Shown one piece after another: positions 40,552 to 51,415 of a stretch of 64,000 nt of DNA. Source of the stretch: an uncultured virus (IMG/VR IMGVR_UViG_3300037067_024288) (lineage: Duplodnaviria; Heunggongvirae; Uroviricota; Caudoviricetes); the IMG/VR virus record IMGVR_UViG_3300037067_024288; one strand, written 5' to 3'. Numbering within the stretch: position 1 is the first letter of the stretch; each line of letters opens with the position of its first letter. The position numbers and the translations under genes are program-made. The notes beneath the pieces were generated by a model that saw only the letters and a program-made list of their open reading frames with translations, was not told the origin of the DNA and searched no databases.

Positions 40552-42750
40552 ATGGCTAAAAATTTAATTCGTAGAAATACCGGATATAAAGGAATGGCTA
40601 AATTAGGTAAATCAGGCGTGGTTAAATCGTTACCTATTACTCAATCATTTGAAAATATAAATATTAATAATAAATTTGTAGAACAAATAATAAATCAAGA
40701 TTATGACATTTCAGGAATTAGCAATAGTATCGAAGCAAGCTCTATCAAATCAGTTGCCAGTTTCATACAAAGAAGCTATTCAACAAGTAAAAGACTTGAA
40801 AATCCAGAGCAACAAAGGAATAAAGAAGCTAAAGAATTAAAAATATTTATTACCGAAAACAACTTATGGTTTGATGATTCAGTTCTTAAAAATTATCTGG
40901 ATGAAGGAGCTGAACAAAAAGTCTACTACATAGATAATAATGTAATTAAACTGAATGATGCCGGGTTCTATTCTAGTTGGGTTGATTATTTTGTGAGTTT
41001 ATTACTTCATAATTATTATTTTCCTCAAACAAAATATAAGATAGTTGGATTCTTAGAAAATGACAATAAATTATATTTGGTAGTAAAACAAAACTACGTT
41101 AAAAAAACAACTGAAACGGATTTATCAGAAGTTAAAGAATTTATGTCCGAAAACGGGTTTGTTAACACGAGAAATAATGATTACATAAATAAAGAAATAG
41201 GAATAATATTGGAAGATTTGCACGAAGAAAATGTACTAACAAAAGATGGTATTTTATATTTTATAGATACCGTTTTTTATTATAAAGAAAAATCATATTC
41301 AGATATGGAAATCAGTAATTTAGAATTAGCCAAAGGATCAGTCCACGAAGAAGAACATCGGGAAACCCTTGAAAAAGTCGCTTCTGGTGAAATCTCAGTT
41401 GATGAAGCTATTACACAGACCGCCAAAACTCATATTGTCGATGATCCTAACTATTATGAAAAATTGGAAGAAATGGAAAATAAAACATTAAAACTCTCTG
41501 ATATTCCTAATTCTGTTAAACAATTCATGCCGGAATTCCAACAGAAACTTATTATTGGCTCAGTTGAACATTGGGATATATTAAAAAGATTGGAGAGTAT
41601 TATTGATTCTATGCCAAAAGTTTACGGTACTGATAATATTAAATCTGAAGATAAGATTATTCAGCTTCATTATTTTTATGGTAGTTCCGATTGGTATATA
41701 GTAGAGAAAGATAGTGAAGTTGAACAATTACAAGCTTATGGATATGCTGTTTTAAATGGGGATTATGAAATGGCAGAATGGGGATATATTAATTTAGAAG
41801 AAATAAAATCTTCAGGTAAAATTGAACTTGACTTTTTCTGGGATCCCAAAAAATTTTCAGAATTGGAGTTTAATAAAACAGAAGAAAATCCTATTTCCAA
41901 AGAAGCGCAGATCATTATTAAACCTGAATTCAATAAAATGAAAGAATTCATTGAACAAACCGAAAAAGAGATTAAACCTGTATCTACATTGATCGGCCAA
42001 GATAAAATAAATTCTGAAATTCGCATACTTCTTAAATCAAAAGGACTCAACCGTTATCTTTATACTAAATCTGACTTTAATTTACTCTCTCAATATACTG
42101 GCGACAGCAAAACACAGGAAGAAAAATCAGATGGTTATCTTTGGGATTATTTCACCCCGGACGAAGCTGTTAAACTTTGTTGGCAATTAGCATATAAATA
42201 TGGATTCAGGGCAACAGAAAGTAAAAGAATTTGTGAACCCGCTTCAGGTTCCGGGAGATTCCTTCGCTATGCACCGGACTATTGTCAGGTTACGGCTTAT
42301 GAGATTGACGAAACATCTTATATGATTTGCAAACTCCTTTATCCTAATTTCAATATAATAAATAAAAGCTTTGAAAGTGCTTTTTATGTTGAATCCGGGC
42401 TTCGTGGGATAGCTTACAAACCAGTTTACGATACTTATAATCTGGTTATCGGCAATCCTCCATACATGTACCCTTATACCTCTGTTTATAAGGATAAAGA
42501 GAAAATAGTTTATCCTTTTATTCAAAGTTTAGAACAGCTCTTTATAATAAGGGGTGTTGATTCACTTGAAAAAAATGGACTGCTTATTTATATAATCCCC
42601 GCTTCGATAATTGATAATAATTCAAGTTATCAGGAGTTTAAAGATGCATTATTTAAAAAATGTGTAATGTTAGATGCCATTCGATTACCTTCGGGTACAT
42701 TTAAAGGTACTGATATTACGACCGATATAATTGTGGTTCAAAAACGCTAA
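40552..42750 (+). CDS. Polyvalent protein: kinase-like + DUF2958-like + N6-adenine MTase
   Basis: GAEQKVY/DLHEENV/FID; HYFYGSSDWYIVE..EWGYI..ELDFFW; YFTP, EPASGSG, NPPY. Confidence 0.75.
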   Translation: MAKNLIRRNTGYKGMAKLGKSGVVKSLPITQSFENININNKFVEQIINQDYDISGISNSIEASSIKSVASFIQRSYSTSKRLENPEQQRNKEAKELKIFITENNLWFDDSVLKNYLDEGAEQKVYYIDNNVIKLNDAGFYSSWVDYFVSLLLHNYYFPQTKYKIVGFLENDNKLYLVVKQNYVKKTTETDLSEVKEFMSENGFVNTRNNDYINKEIGIILEDLHEENVLTKDGILYFIDTVFYYKEKSYSDMEISNLELAKGSVHEEEHRETLEKVASGEISVDEAITQTAKTHIVDDPNYYEKLEEMENKTLKLSDIPNSVKQFMPEFQQKLIIGSVEHWDILKRLESIIDSMPKVYGTDNIKSEDKIIQLHYFYGSSDWYIVEKDSEVEQLQAYGYAVLNGDYEMAEWGYINLEEIKSSGKIELDFFWDPKKFSELEFNKTEENPISKEAQIIIKPEFNKMKEFIEQTEKEIKPVSTLIGQDKINSEIRILLKSKGLNRYLYTKSDFNLLSQYTGDSKTQEEKSDGYLWDYFTPDEAVKLCWQLAYKYGFRATESKRICEPASGSGRFLRYAPDYCQVTAYEIDETSYMICKLLYPNFNIINKSFESAFYVESGLRGIAYKPVYDTYNLVIGNPPYMYPYTSVYKDKEKIVYPFIQSLEQLFIIRGVDSLEKNGLLIYIIPASIIDNNSSYQEFKDALFKKCVMLDAIRLPSGTFKGTDITTDIIVVQKR

Positions 42751-42959
42751 TCATCATGGAAAATTTACTTAGAGAAAAAATCACAGAATTTCTGATCGGA
42801 TTAGATCGGGATGAATTCATTAACATTACCAATATGATGTCAAATGAAACAGGAAAACAACGTATTATTGATACTGTCATTGACAAAGTACTTAAAGATA
42901 AATTAAAAATTGAAGATGCAGTAACAGACATTGAATTATCACTTTATCAATAGCCAATT

Positions 42960-45900
42960 ATGGAAACGAAAACCGCTGCCTTAGAGAATATCTTATTGAT
43001 TGCCAAGAATAGTCGGGATATTGTTGATTTTTCAACAAAACTTTTCAAATACGCTCAAGAAAGCGAAGATTCTGAACTTTGGCAACAAATAATGTTCATA
43101 TACAAACAGTTGATGGAATATAACGTTAAGTTAGTTACCAATCCGTCACCAGGAGTTTATGATATTGTCGGAGGCGGGGATATTAAAGATTATTTACAAG
43201 ATATTGATAAGGCTTTATCTGGATCGGCTGGATTTTATACATCCAAACTGAATATGATGTTTCTTAGTTCAAATGCTGAAGATATTGAAATAACTGCTCT
43301 AAAATGGGATGGAATTGATGCTTACATGCTTAAACAAAATTTCATGTTAGCCTTTATTGCAATATATGCCCATGAAAGCATACATGCAATACTTAATAAT
43401 CAGAATATCCCAAATAATCCAGATATTTATGAAGTTAATGCTTTAAAAAACCTCATCTCAAAAGCTGCAAAAATTAATAACTTGGACTATTTAAAGATCA
43501 TTGATGCAAACTGGCAAGAAATGATTTGTCACATTGTTTCAGGTAAAAAGTATTACAACTACATTATTGACAATAACTTATCATTTGAACTTTCAAAAGT
43601 CATATCCAAAACAGTTCTTGATGAGACTATAAGAGTAACTTTAATCGGTTTTATTAATTCATGGACCAAGTTATTCTTTAATGTCACAACTGATATAGTT
43701 TACGATATACCAGATTATTCAAACAAGAAAAATTTCCTTTCAAGAAACTTCTTTTCTGATAACCCTCAAAAAATTTTGGGATCTGAAATTGAAACCACAA
43801 ATCGTTGGGGAAAATTTGTTTACAAAACAAAACGGTTTGAAAAAGATCATTCTATTGACGATATTTTAGGGCATGTTAAAGATTTGCCGGCAATTGACTT
43901 TAGTTCATTTGACAACCTCGCAAAAGTTGATCAATATGATACTTCTTTTGAGGTTGAGCAAGCCATTGAATCAATAACCCAATCCATTGAAAAGCAAAAA
44001 TTACAGCCAAAAGAAGATGTTACCAATGATCTTATTTCATTTGCCGATTCTGTAAGGATTTATAATACTGAAGGTGAGTTCGCTCATCTTACCTGGTTGG
44101 AAATCGAAGCTTACCTTTATTGTAACCCTGGCGAAAACAAACTTATTTGGCGGGAAAACCTTGAATATTCCGAAACCGATATACTTGGTTCAATGTCCAA
44201 AATCACGCTGAATAAGCAAATGGATAATGAATGTGAGATTGAAATCCCGACAGTAATATTCGATGGCGAAAATAATTACTTTGCTACATTTTTACATGGT
44301 GACGTTTATCAAAAAACCCAGAATATTAAGTCTAATAAGGATTTAATAATTGAGTCTAGGGGCGAAAATTATTATAATAAACTCATGGCCGGACTTGATA
44401 GTATCCGGTTTGTAAGTGTATCATTTGATAATGAAGAATTTTCAAAAAGGCCATTTGTAAGCCCTGTTTCAACAACATCTCAGGAGTTTTATATCAATTC
44501 ATTTGTTGGCGATAGCCGAAATAATAAAGGCGAAATAACATTAATAGAAGCATTTCTATATTGTATTGGCAGCCGTGAATCTGCATGGTATAAAGCAAGC
44601 CGTTACGGTGGAGTGATACCAAGTGATATTTATAAGGTAATGAGAGGACAGAGATTGATCGAACGCCCTCACCGGGGCAAAGATTTAACTGGTCCTGAAA
44701 AAGCAGCCAATGATGAAGCGGATAATCGCAATGCCATAAAATTTGACAATATATTTGAACAAACCTGTATTTGTTTCTCAGACTTCATCCGTGAATGTAT
44801 TGATGAAGAAAGCAAAAAAAGACTTGAAGAAGATATTTCCGGGTTCTATAATAAATTCTGCTTTACAGAACTTGAAAAAATACCAGTTGGGTTTACTCAT
44901 TCGAGTAGATTTAAGAGATCGAAATTCAGGCTTAAATCTATTCAGAGAAATAGTATTGCTTTTGTAAATATTAGTAAATCCGGTTTACTTGCACACGAGA
45001 TTGGTACAGGCAAGACAACTTCCTCATTATCAGCTATTTCCAACGCTTTTGATACAGGTAGGGCAAATAAAGCATTAGTAGTTGTTCCTACTACTGTTTA
45101 TGAAAAATGGATAAACGAATGTCAGAATCACACTGAAAAAATTATTGATTCAGTTACCGGAGAAGAAAAAGTTATCCAATTATATGGCATGTTACCTCAT
45201 CTTAACATAGTAGGATTGAGCAATTTGTCAAATAAGGTATTGATGGAATTAAAAGAATATTCCGGTGATGAAAAGAAACGGATTGAAAAAGCTAAATCCG
45301 GCTATTTTGAATTTTATGATAAACTTAAAAAAGCCATTAAAGATATTGACGTGACTGATGAAGAACCGGACGAAGATAACGAAGTTCTTGATGGTGTCGA
45401 AGAACAAAGGGAAGCCAAAAAGTCAACTCTTAAAATATTACTTCCGACAAACTATTCCGGTTCGATTGAATTTCTTAATAATATTTTGAAGCTTGTAGAT
45501 ATTGAGGTTTTAAGTGGGTTTGGGATTACCAATGCTGAGAATAAAAATTATAATGCCCTTTATTCTATACTCTCATCTCAATTTCAAAATAGCACATTAT
45601 CCTTTGTGATCAAGCAATTATATATTGAAGCTATTCCAAAGATTGAAAAAATCCGTTATTTTTATGAGATACCTGAATATGTTCATGTTTCGGTTATTTT
45701 ATCGTACATAGTTGATAATTACAAGAAACTTGAAAGCCATTTAATCGCTTCATTGGGTACATTCCGGGAATTCCCTGATAAGACTATATTCTTTACTTCT
45801 TATACAGGACTTGCCAGACTTGGATTTAAAGATGATACAATTCAATTAATGTCTCAAAGGCTTTTAGAAATACTGAAAGGTTCTGATTTAGAAGGTGCGG

Positions 45901-48900
45901 ACCAAGCTAAGATTGAAAAGAATATCGAAAGTTTACTTCTTAAATCTGAACTTGAAGCAAAAGTTTATTTTGAAGACTTAGGATTTGATTATATTGTGAT
46001 CGATGAAGCTCACAGATTGAAAAATCTTATTACCAGCATTACGGCCAAAGAGGGTACAAATGATCTTTACCCTGGCAACAAATCTCAGATCAAAACTATT
46101 AAAGGCGGATCTCAAAGTAAAGCTGCACTTACCGGATTTATGAGTACAATGTATATTCAGATGAAAAATGGAGGCCGGAATACCTTATTATTAACAGCTA
46201 CCCCATTTACAAATAGTCCTCTGGAAATTTACTCAATGCTTTGTTTGACAAGTTATAACTATCTTAAAAGCATGGGTTATGACGATGTTCTGAAATTCGC
46301 CCAGGATTTTATTAAAATCAAATCTCAATTATCAATCTCAGTTGAGGGTACTGTTAAGACAAAGATTGAACCGGTTGGTTATACTAACCTTCAGTTACTT
46401 CGTAGGATCATTTATACTATTATTGACTTTCGGTCTGCCGAAGAATCAAGTATTGTCAGACCATGTAAGATTGTACTTCCGATCCGGGAAAAATCTACTT
46501 TGTGTGATTCCAGAAAGTCACACGGTTTTAGCGTTATTCGCCCGGTTTCAACTATTGTTATTCCTACCAGACAGCAACAATTTATATTTGATGCACTTCA
46601 GGTTTACCTTTCAAGCCAACTGAATAATAAAACAGTTGACGATGTGTTTATGAAATATATTCTCAAAAAAGGCGAAGAATATTATAAGAGGGTTTCTTTT
46701 AGTGATTCAGGACTTGACTATAATGAGTACATGCAAAGTGTAGGTTCATTGGCTAATCTTATACAAGATAAATTCAATATCACAAGAACCGGTGAATATG
46801 TTGATAAATTATTCCCGGCAGTTGCCATATTGAAAACTCTTATGGCCATGAGAAATGTAAGTATAAGCCCATATATGTTCCGACCATACGTCACCGATTA
46901 TTTAGGAATAACAGATCAGGATATTGACCCTTATCAAGTAATCGAACAATCCTCAAAATTGATGTATGTTACTGCCTGTATTAAGAAGGTAAACTCTTTT
47001 CAAAAATCAGTCGGTAAAGATTTGAAAGGGATTGTTATTTACTCGAATTTAGGCACGCGACCAGGTAAGAATTCACCTGTTTCACTCCTTAAAATTCTTA
47101 AACAATATTTACTTGACGAGTCTAAAGGCTTCGGTTACAGCTCAAACAGTATTGAATATGAAGGTTTCCGTAAGAAATTCGATCAGGTAGAAATACTTGA
47201 CGGTACTACCGCTGCCGATCCTAAAAAGAAAAATGCTTTAATGAACCTATTTAATAAAGGTGAAATTAAAGTAATAATAACAACAATCCGGGAAGGGGTG
47301 GACCTCAATGGAGATACAATCGCTTTATTCAACCTTTCTGTTGACTGGAACCCTACCGATGCTAAACAGATTGAAGGCCGGGCATGGAGACAAGGGAATA
47401 AAAACGCATATTGCATGATGATTTACCCGCTTACTGCCAATGGTAGTGATATGGCCATTTATCAGAAATTACAAGATAAAACATATCGATTAAAAGCACT
47501 ATGGGATAAATCTTCAACTTTAAAAAGTGCGTTCGATCTGGATGAATTCGATCCTGAAGAATTAAAAATGCAAATGATTAGCAGGGTTGAAAAATTGGCT
47601 CCGTTCAAGTTTAATGAAGAAACAACGGCCAAAAGGTACGAATATGACATGCTCAAATCTAAAAAAACAGAGGACGAGCAAGTTATAAACAATTACAATA
47701 ATTTTCAGGCAAAAGAAATGCAGTTGCGATATGCAATGATGCTTTATTCGAGGCTTCCTAAGATACTGGAACGCGAAAATAAAATCCGCGAGATCCAGAA
47801 TAATATTGATAGTTCTGAACGGGCGGTAAAACAATATGAAAGGACTATTCAGGAAGAAAAATATAATATTTCGGAATATCAGGATTTACAAACACTCATT
47901 AATAACATAGCCAGCAAAACAACTGAGAAAAAAATGAAAGCTGGGGAATATGGAATAGCCCTTTCAGATGATCAAACAAGTGAGGCAGCTGCTTTGAAAA
48001 AAGAAATTGATTTATTAAATGTTGAGATTAAAAAGTTAGAAGCTGAAAAGCCAAAACTTGAAAAAGAAGTTGATAAAAAGGCTGCTGAATCCATTAAAGA
48101 GTTTGAAAAGGAACTTTCTAAAGAACAAAAAGAACTGGCCAAGCTTAAAAAGTCAATTGAAGGATATCAGACAGATCCTATTTTTATTAATGATACAAAA
48201 GAGTTAGAATTCAACCCAGATGATCAAGTCAGAGGTAATTATTTTATAAAATCTGAGACAGGGGGGGTAATCTATAAAGACAAAGGATTATCACTTGATA
48301 AAATCGATTGGTTGAAGGCTACTATTTATGATTTAATGGAAGGATTGACAAGGATTGTAGAAATGTACACCAATATTAATTCAATGTTTAGTGTGGCATT
48401 TTCCGAATATCGTAGTGAAACCATTGATTTAACTGATATAAATAATAGGTATTCAATACTTCCAATAGAATATTTTAATCAATTTGTCGATTATACCGGT
48501 GCTTATAATGGTGAAAGTATTTATGTCCGAACTATTTTAAATCTTGTCAGGGATTTTAATTCTCGTGGCTATACTAAAGAATACTGGAACTTATTCTATG
48601 CAGCACAATTAAAAGTATCTATTTTACGGTCACTTCGAGATTATGCTTCAATTCTTGAAGGTCAGGACCCGGATAAATATCTCAATGACTTGGATGAAAA
48701 GCTTAATTTACTTTACCAGGAAATCGGAGCAACTGAAAACATGCTCGAAATACCAGAATCAGTACTTGAAAAGTATATTGAGAAAGCTTACGAAGAAATT
48801 TCTAAAAGGCGTAAAGAATATTCAAGTTATATTAATTTAGTAGATGGTTTTGCCGGGTTCTCTGACTTATTCAATATAGAGCTTGAAAGTGTATTTATTA

Positions 48901-49118
48901 ACAATAATATCACAAAAGAACTGGCAGAAGAAGCCACTATTCAATTAACCGAAGAAGTGGTAAGCCAAAATGAAGCCAAAGAAATTATTCAGGCTTATTC
49001 TGATAAGATCGAAGTTTATCGTGAAATGGTCTTAGAAATAGAATCTGAAACCGATAAACAGGCTTTCCTTGATAAGATTGAAGTGTATGAGGAAATGATG
49101 CAAGAAATTCAAAAATAA
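42960..49118 (+). CDS. Large SNF2-family helicase (DarB-like) with N-terminal HEXXH zincin domain
   Basis: HESIH; HEIGTGKT, DEAH, TATP, EGVDL, QIEGRAWRQG. Confidence 0.85.
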   Translation: METKTAALENILLIAKNSRDIVDFSTKLFKYAQESEDSELWQQIMFIYKQLMEYNVKLVTNPSPGVYDIVGGGDIKDYLQDIDKALSGSAGFYTSKLNMMFLSSNAEDIEITALKWDGIDAYMLKQNFMLAFIAIYAHESIHAILNNQNIPNNPDIYEVNALKNLISKAAKINNLDYLKIIDANWQEMICHIVSGKKYYNYIIDNNLSFELSKVISKTVLDETIRVTLIGFINSWTKLFFNVTTDIVYDIPDYSNKKNFLSRNFFSDNPQKILGSEIETTNRWGKFVYKTKRFEKDHSIDDILGHVKDLPAIDFSSFDNLAKVDQYDTSFEVEQAIESITQSIEKQKLQPKEDVTNDLISFADSVRIYNTEGEFAHLTWLEIEAYLYCNPGENKLIWRENLEYSETDILGSMSKITLNKQMDNECEIEIPTVIFDGENNYFATFLHGDVYQKTQNIKSNKDLIIESRGENYYNKLMAGLDSIRFVSVSFDNEEFSKRPFVSPVSTTSQEFYINSFVGDSRNNKGEITLIEAFLYCIGSRESAWYKASRYGGVIPSDIYKVMRGQRLIERPHRGKDLTGPEKAANDEADNRNAIKFDNIFEQTCICFSDFIRECIDEESKKRLEEDISGFYNKFCFTELEKIPVGFTHSSRFKRSKFRLKSIQRNSIAFVNISKSGLLAHEIGTGKTTSSLSAISNAFDTGRANKALVVVPTTVYEKWINECQNHTEKIIDSVTGEEKVIQLYGMLPHLNIVGLSNLSNKVLMELKEYSGDEKKRIEKAKSGYFEFYDKLKKAIKDIDVTDEEPDEDNEVLDGVEEQREAKKSTLKILLPTNYSGSIEFLNNILKLVDIEVLSGFGITNAENKNYNALYSILSSQFQNSTLSFVIKQLYIEAIPKIEKIRYFYEIPEYVHVSVILSYIVDNYKKLESHLIASLGTFREFPDKTIFFTSYTGLARLGFKDDTIQLMSQRLLEILKGSDLEGADQAKIEKNIESLLLKSELEAKVYFEDLGFDYIVIDEAHRLKNLITSITAKEGTNDLYPGNKSQIKTIKGGSQSKAALTGFMSTMYIQMKNGGRNTLLLTATPFTNSPLEIYSMLCLTSYNYLKSMGYDDVLKFAQDFIKIKSQLSISVEGTVKTKIEPVGYTNLQLLRRIIYTIIDFRSAEESSIVRPCKIVLPIREKSTLCDSRKSHGFSVIRPVSTIVIPTRQQQFIFDALQVYLSSQLNNKTVDDVFMKYILKKGEEYYKRVSFSDSGLDYNEYMQSVGSLANLIQDKFNITRTGEYVDKLFPAVAILKTLMAMRNVSISPYMFRPYVTDYLGITDQDIDPYQVIEQSSKLMYVTACIKKVNSFQKSVGKDLKGIVIYSNLGTRPGKNSPVSLLKILKQYLLDESKGFGYSSNSIEYEGFRKKFDQVEILDGTTAADPKKKNALMNLFNKGEIKVIITTIREGVDLNGDTIALFNLSVDWNPTDAKQIEGRAWRQGNKNAYCMMIYPLTANGSDMAIYQKLQDKTYRLKALWDKSSTLKSAFDLDEFDPEELKMQMISRVEKLAPFKFNEETTAKRYEYDMLKSKKTEDEQVINNYNNFQAKEMQLRYAMMLYSRLPKILERENKIREIQNNIDSSERAVKQYERTIQEEKYNISEYQDLQTLINNIASKTTEKKMKAGEYGIALSDDQTSEAAALKKEIDLLNVEIKKLEAEKPKLEKEVDKKAAESIKEFEKELSKEQKELAKLKKSIEGYQTDPIFINDTKELEFNPDDQVRGNYFIKSETGGVIYKDKGLSLDKIDWLKATIYDLMEGLTRIVEMYTNINSMFSVAFSEYRSETIDLTDINNRYSILPIEYFNQFVDYTGAYNGESIYVRTILNLVRDFNSRGYTKEYWNLFYAAQLKVSILRSLRDYASILEGQDPDKYLNDLDEKLNLLYQEIGATENMLEIPESVLEKYIEKAYEEISKRRKEYSSYINLVDGFAGFSDLFNIELESVFINNNITKELAEEATIQLTEEVVSQNEAKEIIQAYSDKIEVYREMVLEIESETDKQAFLDKIEVYEEMMQEIQK

Positions 49119-49123
49119 CTATT

Positions 49124-50112
49124 ATGGAACTACAGGAATTAAAACAGGAACTTGACAAAAGAATAAGGCAGTTAAAAAATGCCGATCCAGAACAGATAGG
49201 ATTTTTAAAAAAGAAAATTGCTCGTCTGGAAGAAGAAATACAGTCTTTAGAACCGCAGGAACAACCTGAAGTACTAAAAGAATTTGTATTAACTGTTTCT
49301 GGGAAGAAAATTAAGTTTAATAAAGCTGGTGTTTGTAACCTGGAATATGGCAGTCTGTTAAAAAGAGTAGACCAATCCCATTATATCATAATGTATGGTT
49401 CCAAAACGGATAAAGATGCAGAATTGATCTATAATGATAGAAAATGGCAAATAAGTTGTTGTGATGCTGCATCATTCCCTACATTCAAGTATGAGGATTT
49501 AGGATTGGCAATTACTTACTTGCTCGATTTTATGCACGATAAATATTCTGGTGTTCCTCAAGAAATAGTGGTTCCTGTTACTCAAATTAAGGCTGAAATA
49601 CCTATTGATATTATCGAAGAAGTTCAAAAAAAACCTCGGAAAAAGAAAATGAGTGCTGAAATGGAGGACGTGGATGAGCTTAAAAGATATTTGATCATTT
49701 TGGATGAAATTCTGGCAACTTCTAAAAGTACTTCCGTGAAAAATCAAATTGAAAGTGAAAAAATTGAGGTTCAGGAATTAATTAACGAAATTGAATCCCA
49801 AAAATAATTTGTATATTTGAAAAATAAAATTCACTCATTATGAATAAAGCAGGTATTAAAGCGAAAATTGCAGAGTACGAATTAATCAAATCAAAGAGTA
49901 CAGAACCAAGTGAAATTCAGTTTTGCGATGCTAAAATCGTAAGACTTCAATCCCAGCTTAAAACACCCATTAAAAAGGCTGTACCCAAGAAACCACAGTA
50001 TGTTGATGATTTTGATTATGACTTTGAAAAGCCTAATGACAAGAAATTAGTCGAGGCCAAAAAAAGGCATTTGAAAAAGTCAATAATTGATGAGTTTGCT
50101 GATATTTTTTAA
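49124..50112 (+). CDS. Two hypothetical proteins (49124..49807, 49840..50112) with related N-terminal helices
   Basis: DPEQIGFLKKKIARL vs EPSEIQFCDAKIVRL. Confidence 0.45.
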
Positions 50113-50121
50113 TTCGTACTT

Positions 50122-50541
50122 ATGATAATCAATCTCGAAATTCCGGGCAATCCTAAAGCCCTGAAACGTCACCGGCATACAAATAAAGATGGCGTTCATC
50201 GTAATTACGATCCTTCAGCAGATGATAAAAGAACATTTCTTGATCTTGCTTTTGAAAAAAGACCAGATAAACCTTTAGATTGTCCTATACGTTTAGAAGT
50301 AACATTTATTTTTGATAGACCAAAGTCTCACTTTGGAACTGGGAAAAATAAAGATGTTTTAAAACCAAATGCAATTAACTATCATATTGTTACTCCTGAT
50401 ATTGATAATCTTTGCAAATTTATTTTTGATTCTTTTAATGGAGTATTTTGGAGAGATGATTCTTTAATTTGTACTTTATTATCTGAAAAAGTTTATTCTA
50501 ATAATCCTCGAACAATAATATCAATTCAAACTATTGAATAA
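50122..50541 (+). CDS. rusA: RusA-family Holliday junction resolvase
   Basis: IPGNP, RPKS, PDIDNL.K...D, W.DDS. Confidence 0.9.
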   Translation: MIINLEIPGNPKALKRHRHTNKDGVHRNYDPSADDKRTFLDLAFEKRPDKPLDCPIRLEVTFIFDRPKSHFGTGKNKDVLKPNAINYHIVTPDIDNLCKFIFDSFNGVFWRDDSLICTLLSEKVYSNNPRTIISIQTIE

Positions 50542-51415
50542 TGGCAAAGAGAATTACTATAACTCAAGGATTAAAGAACGAACTTAATCAAATTTGCGGA
50601 TTTGTTCAAGCCTCACTATCAAAAGATAATAAGAAAATATCAATACAATTTCCTGAATTCACTGATTTTATAATTAAAATAAATGACAAATAAATACACC
50701 TATGATGGTATATGGCTTATGAAAGATGGCCAACCTTCAATATGTCCACGTTTACCAGGCACATTGGCTCCAACATCTTCACTTACAATAAAAGGTAATA
50801 ATCCTGTTAATCTCGAAATTCGATATTTAACATGTAATAAACAATGTCCTTTTCACCGTGATGCAGTAAGGAAAGAAGAAGGTAAACCAGATATTAAAGG
50901 TATTGCTTTAATGTGCATGGAGAAGCAATTATTCCTTGAAATATCTGAAGCTGAAAAAACTGAAATTTCTACAAAATTAACGATTAGTCAAAAATAGTTT
51001 TGAAATTTCACTAAAATATCATTAATTTACAGTTAATTAAAAAATATCATCATGGCAACATTACTCGATAAATTAAACGAAAAAATTTCATCACTTGGGA
51101 TTCAAGTTAGTGAATTACCTGCAAAAACACAGCGTAAAATTGCTGAGTTAAAAAGACTGTATGAATGTAAACTTCCAACGGTACGAGATAAAGCAACGGG
51201 TACTTTTACACCAAAATCAAAAGAGAAAATTCAGGATTTAATTGAGGACATCATCGCCGATGCTGAAGCATTTGCAGATATTAAAAATGAAGGTACGCCT
51301 CCACCGCCACCGCCTCCTACTGATCCACCAAATCCACCAGCACCAAAAGATCCTCCTGTTAAAAAGAAATCAGGACTATTTGATTATCTCTTTGATTAGT
51401 TGTTAATTGCTTCAT

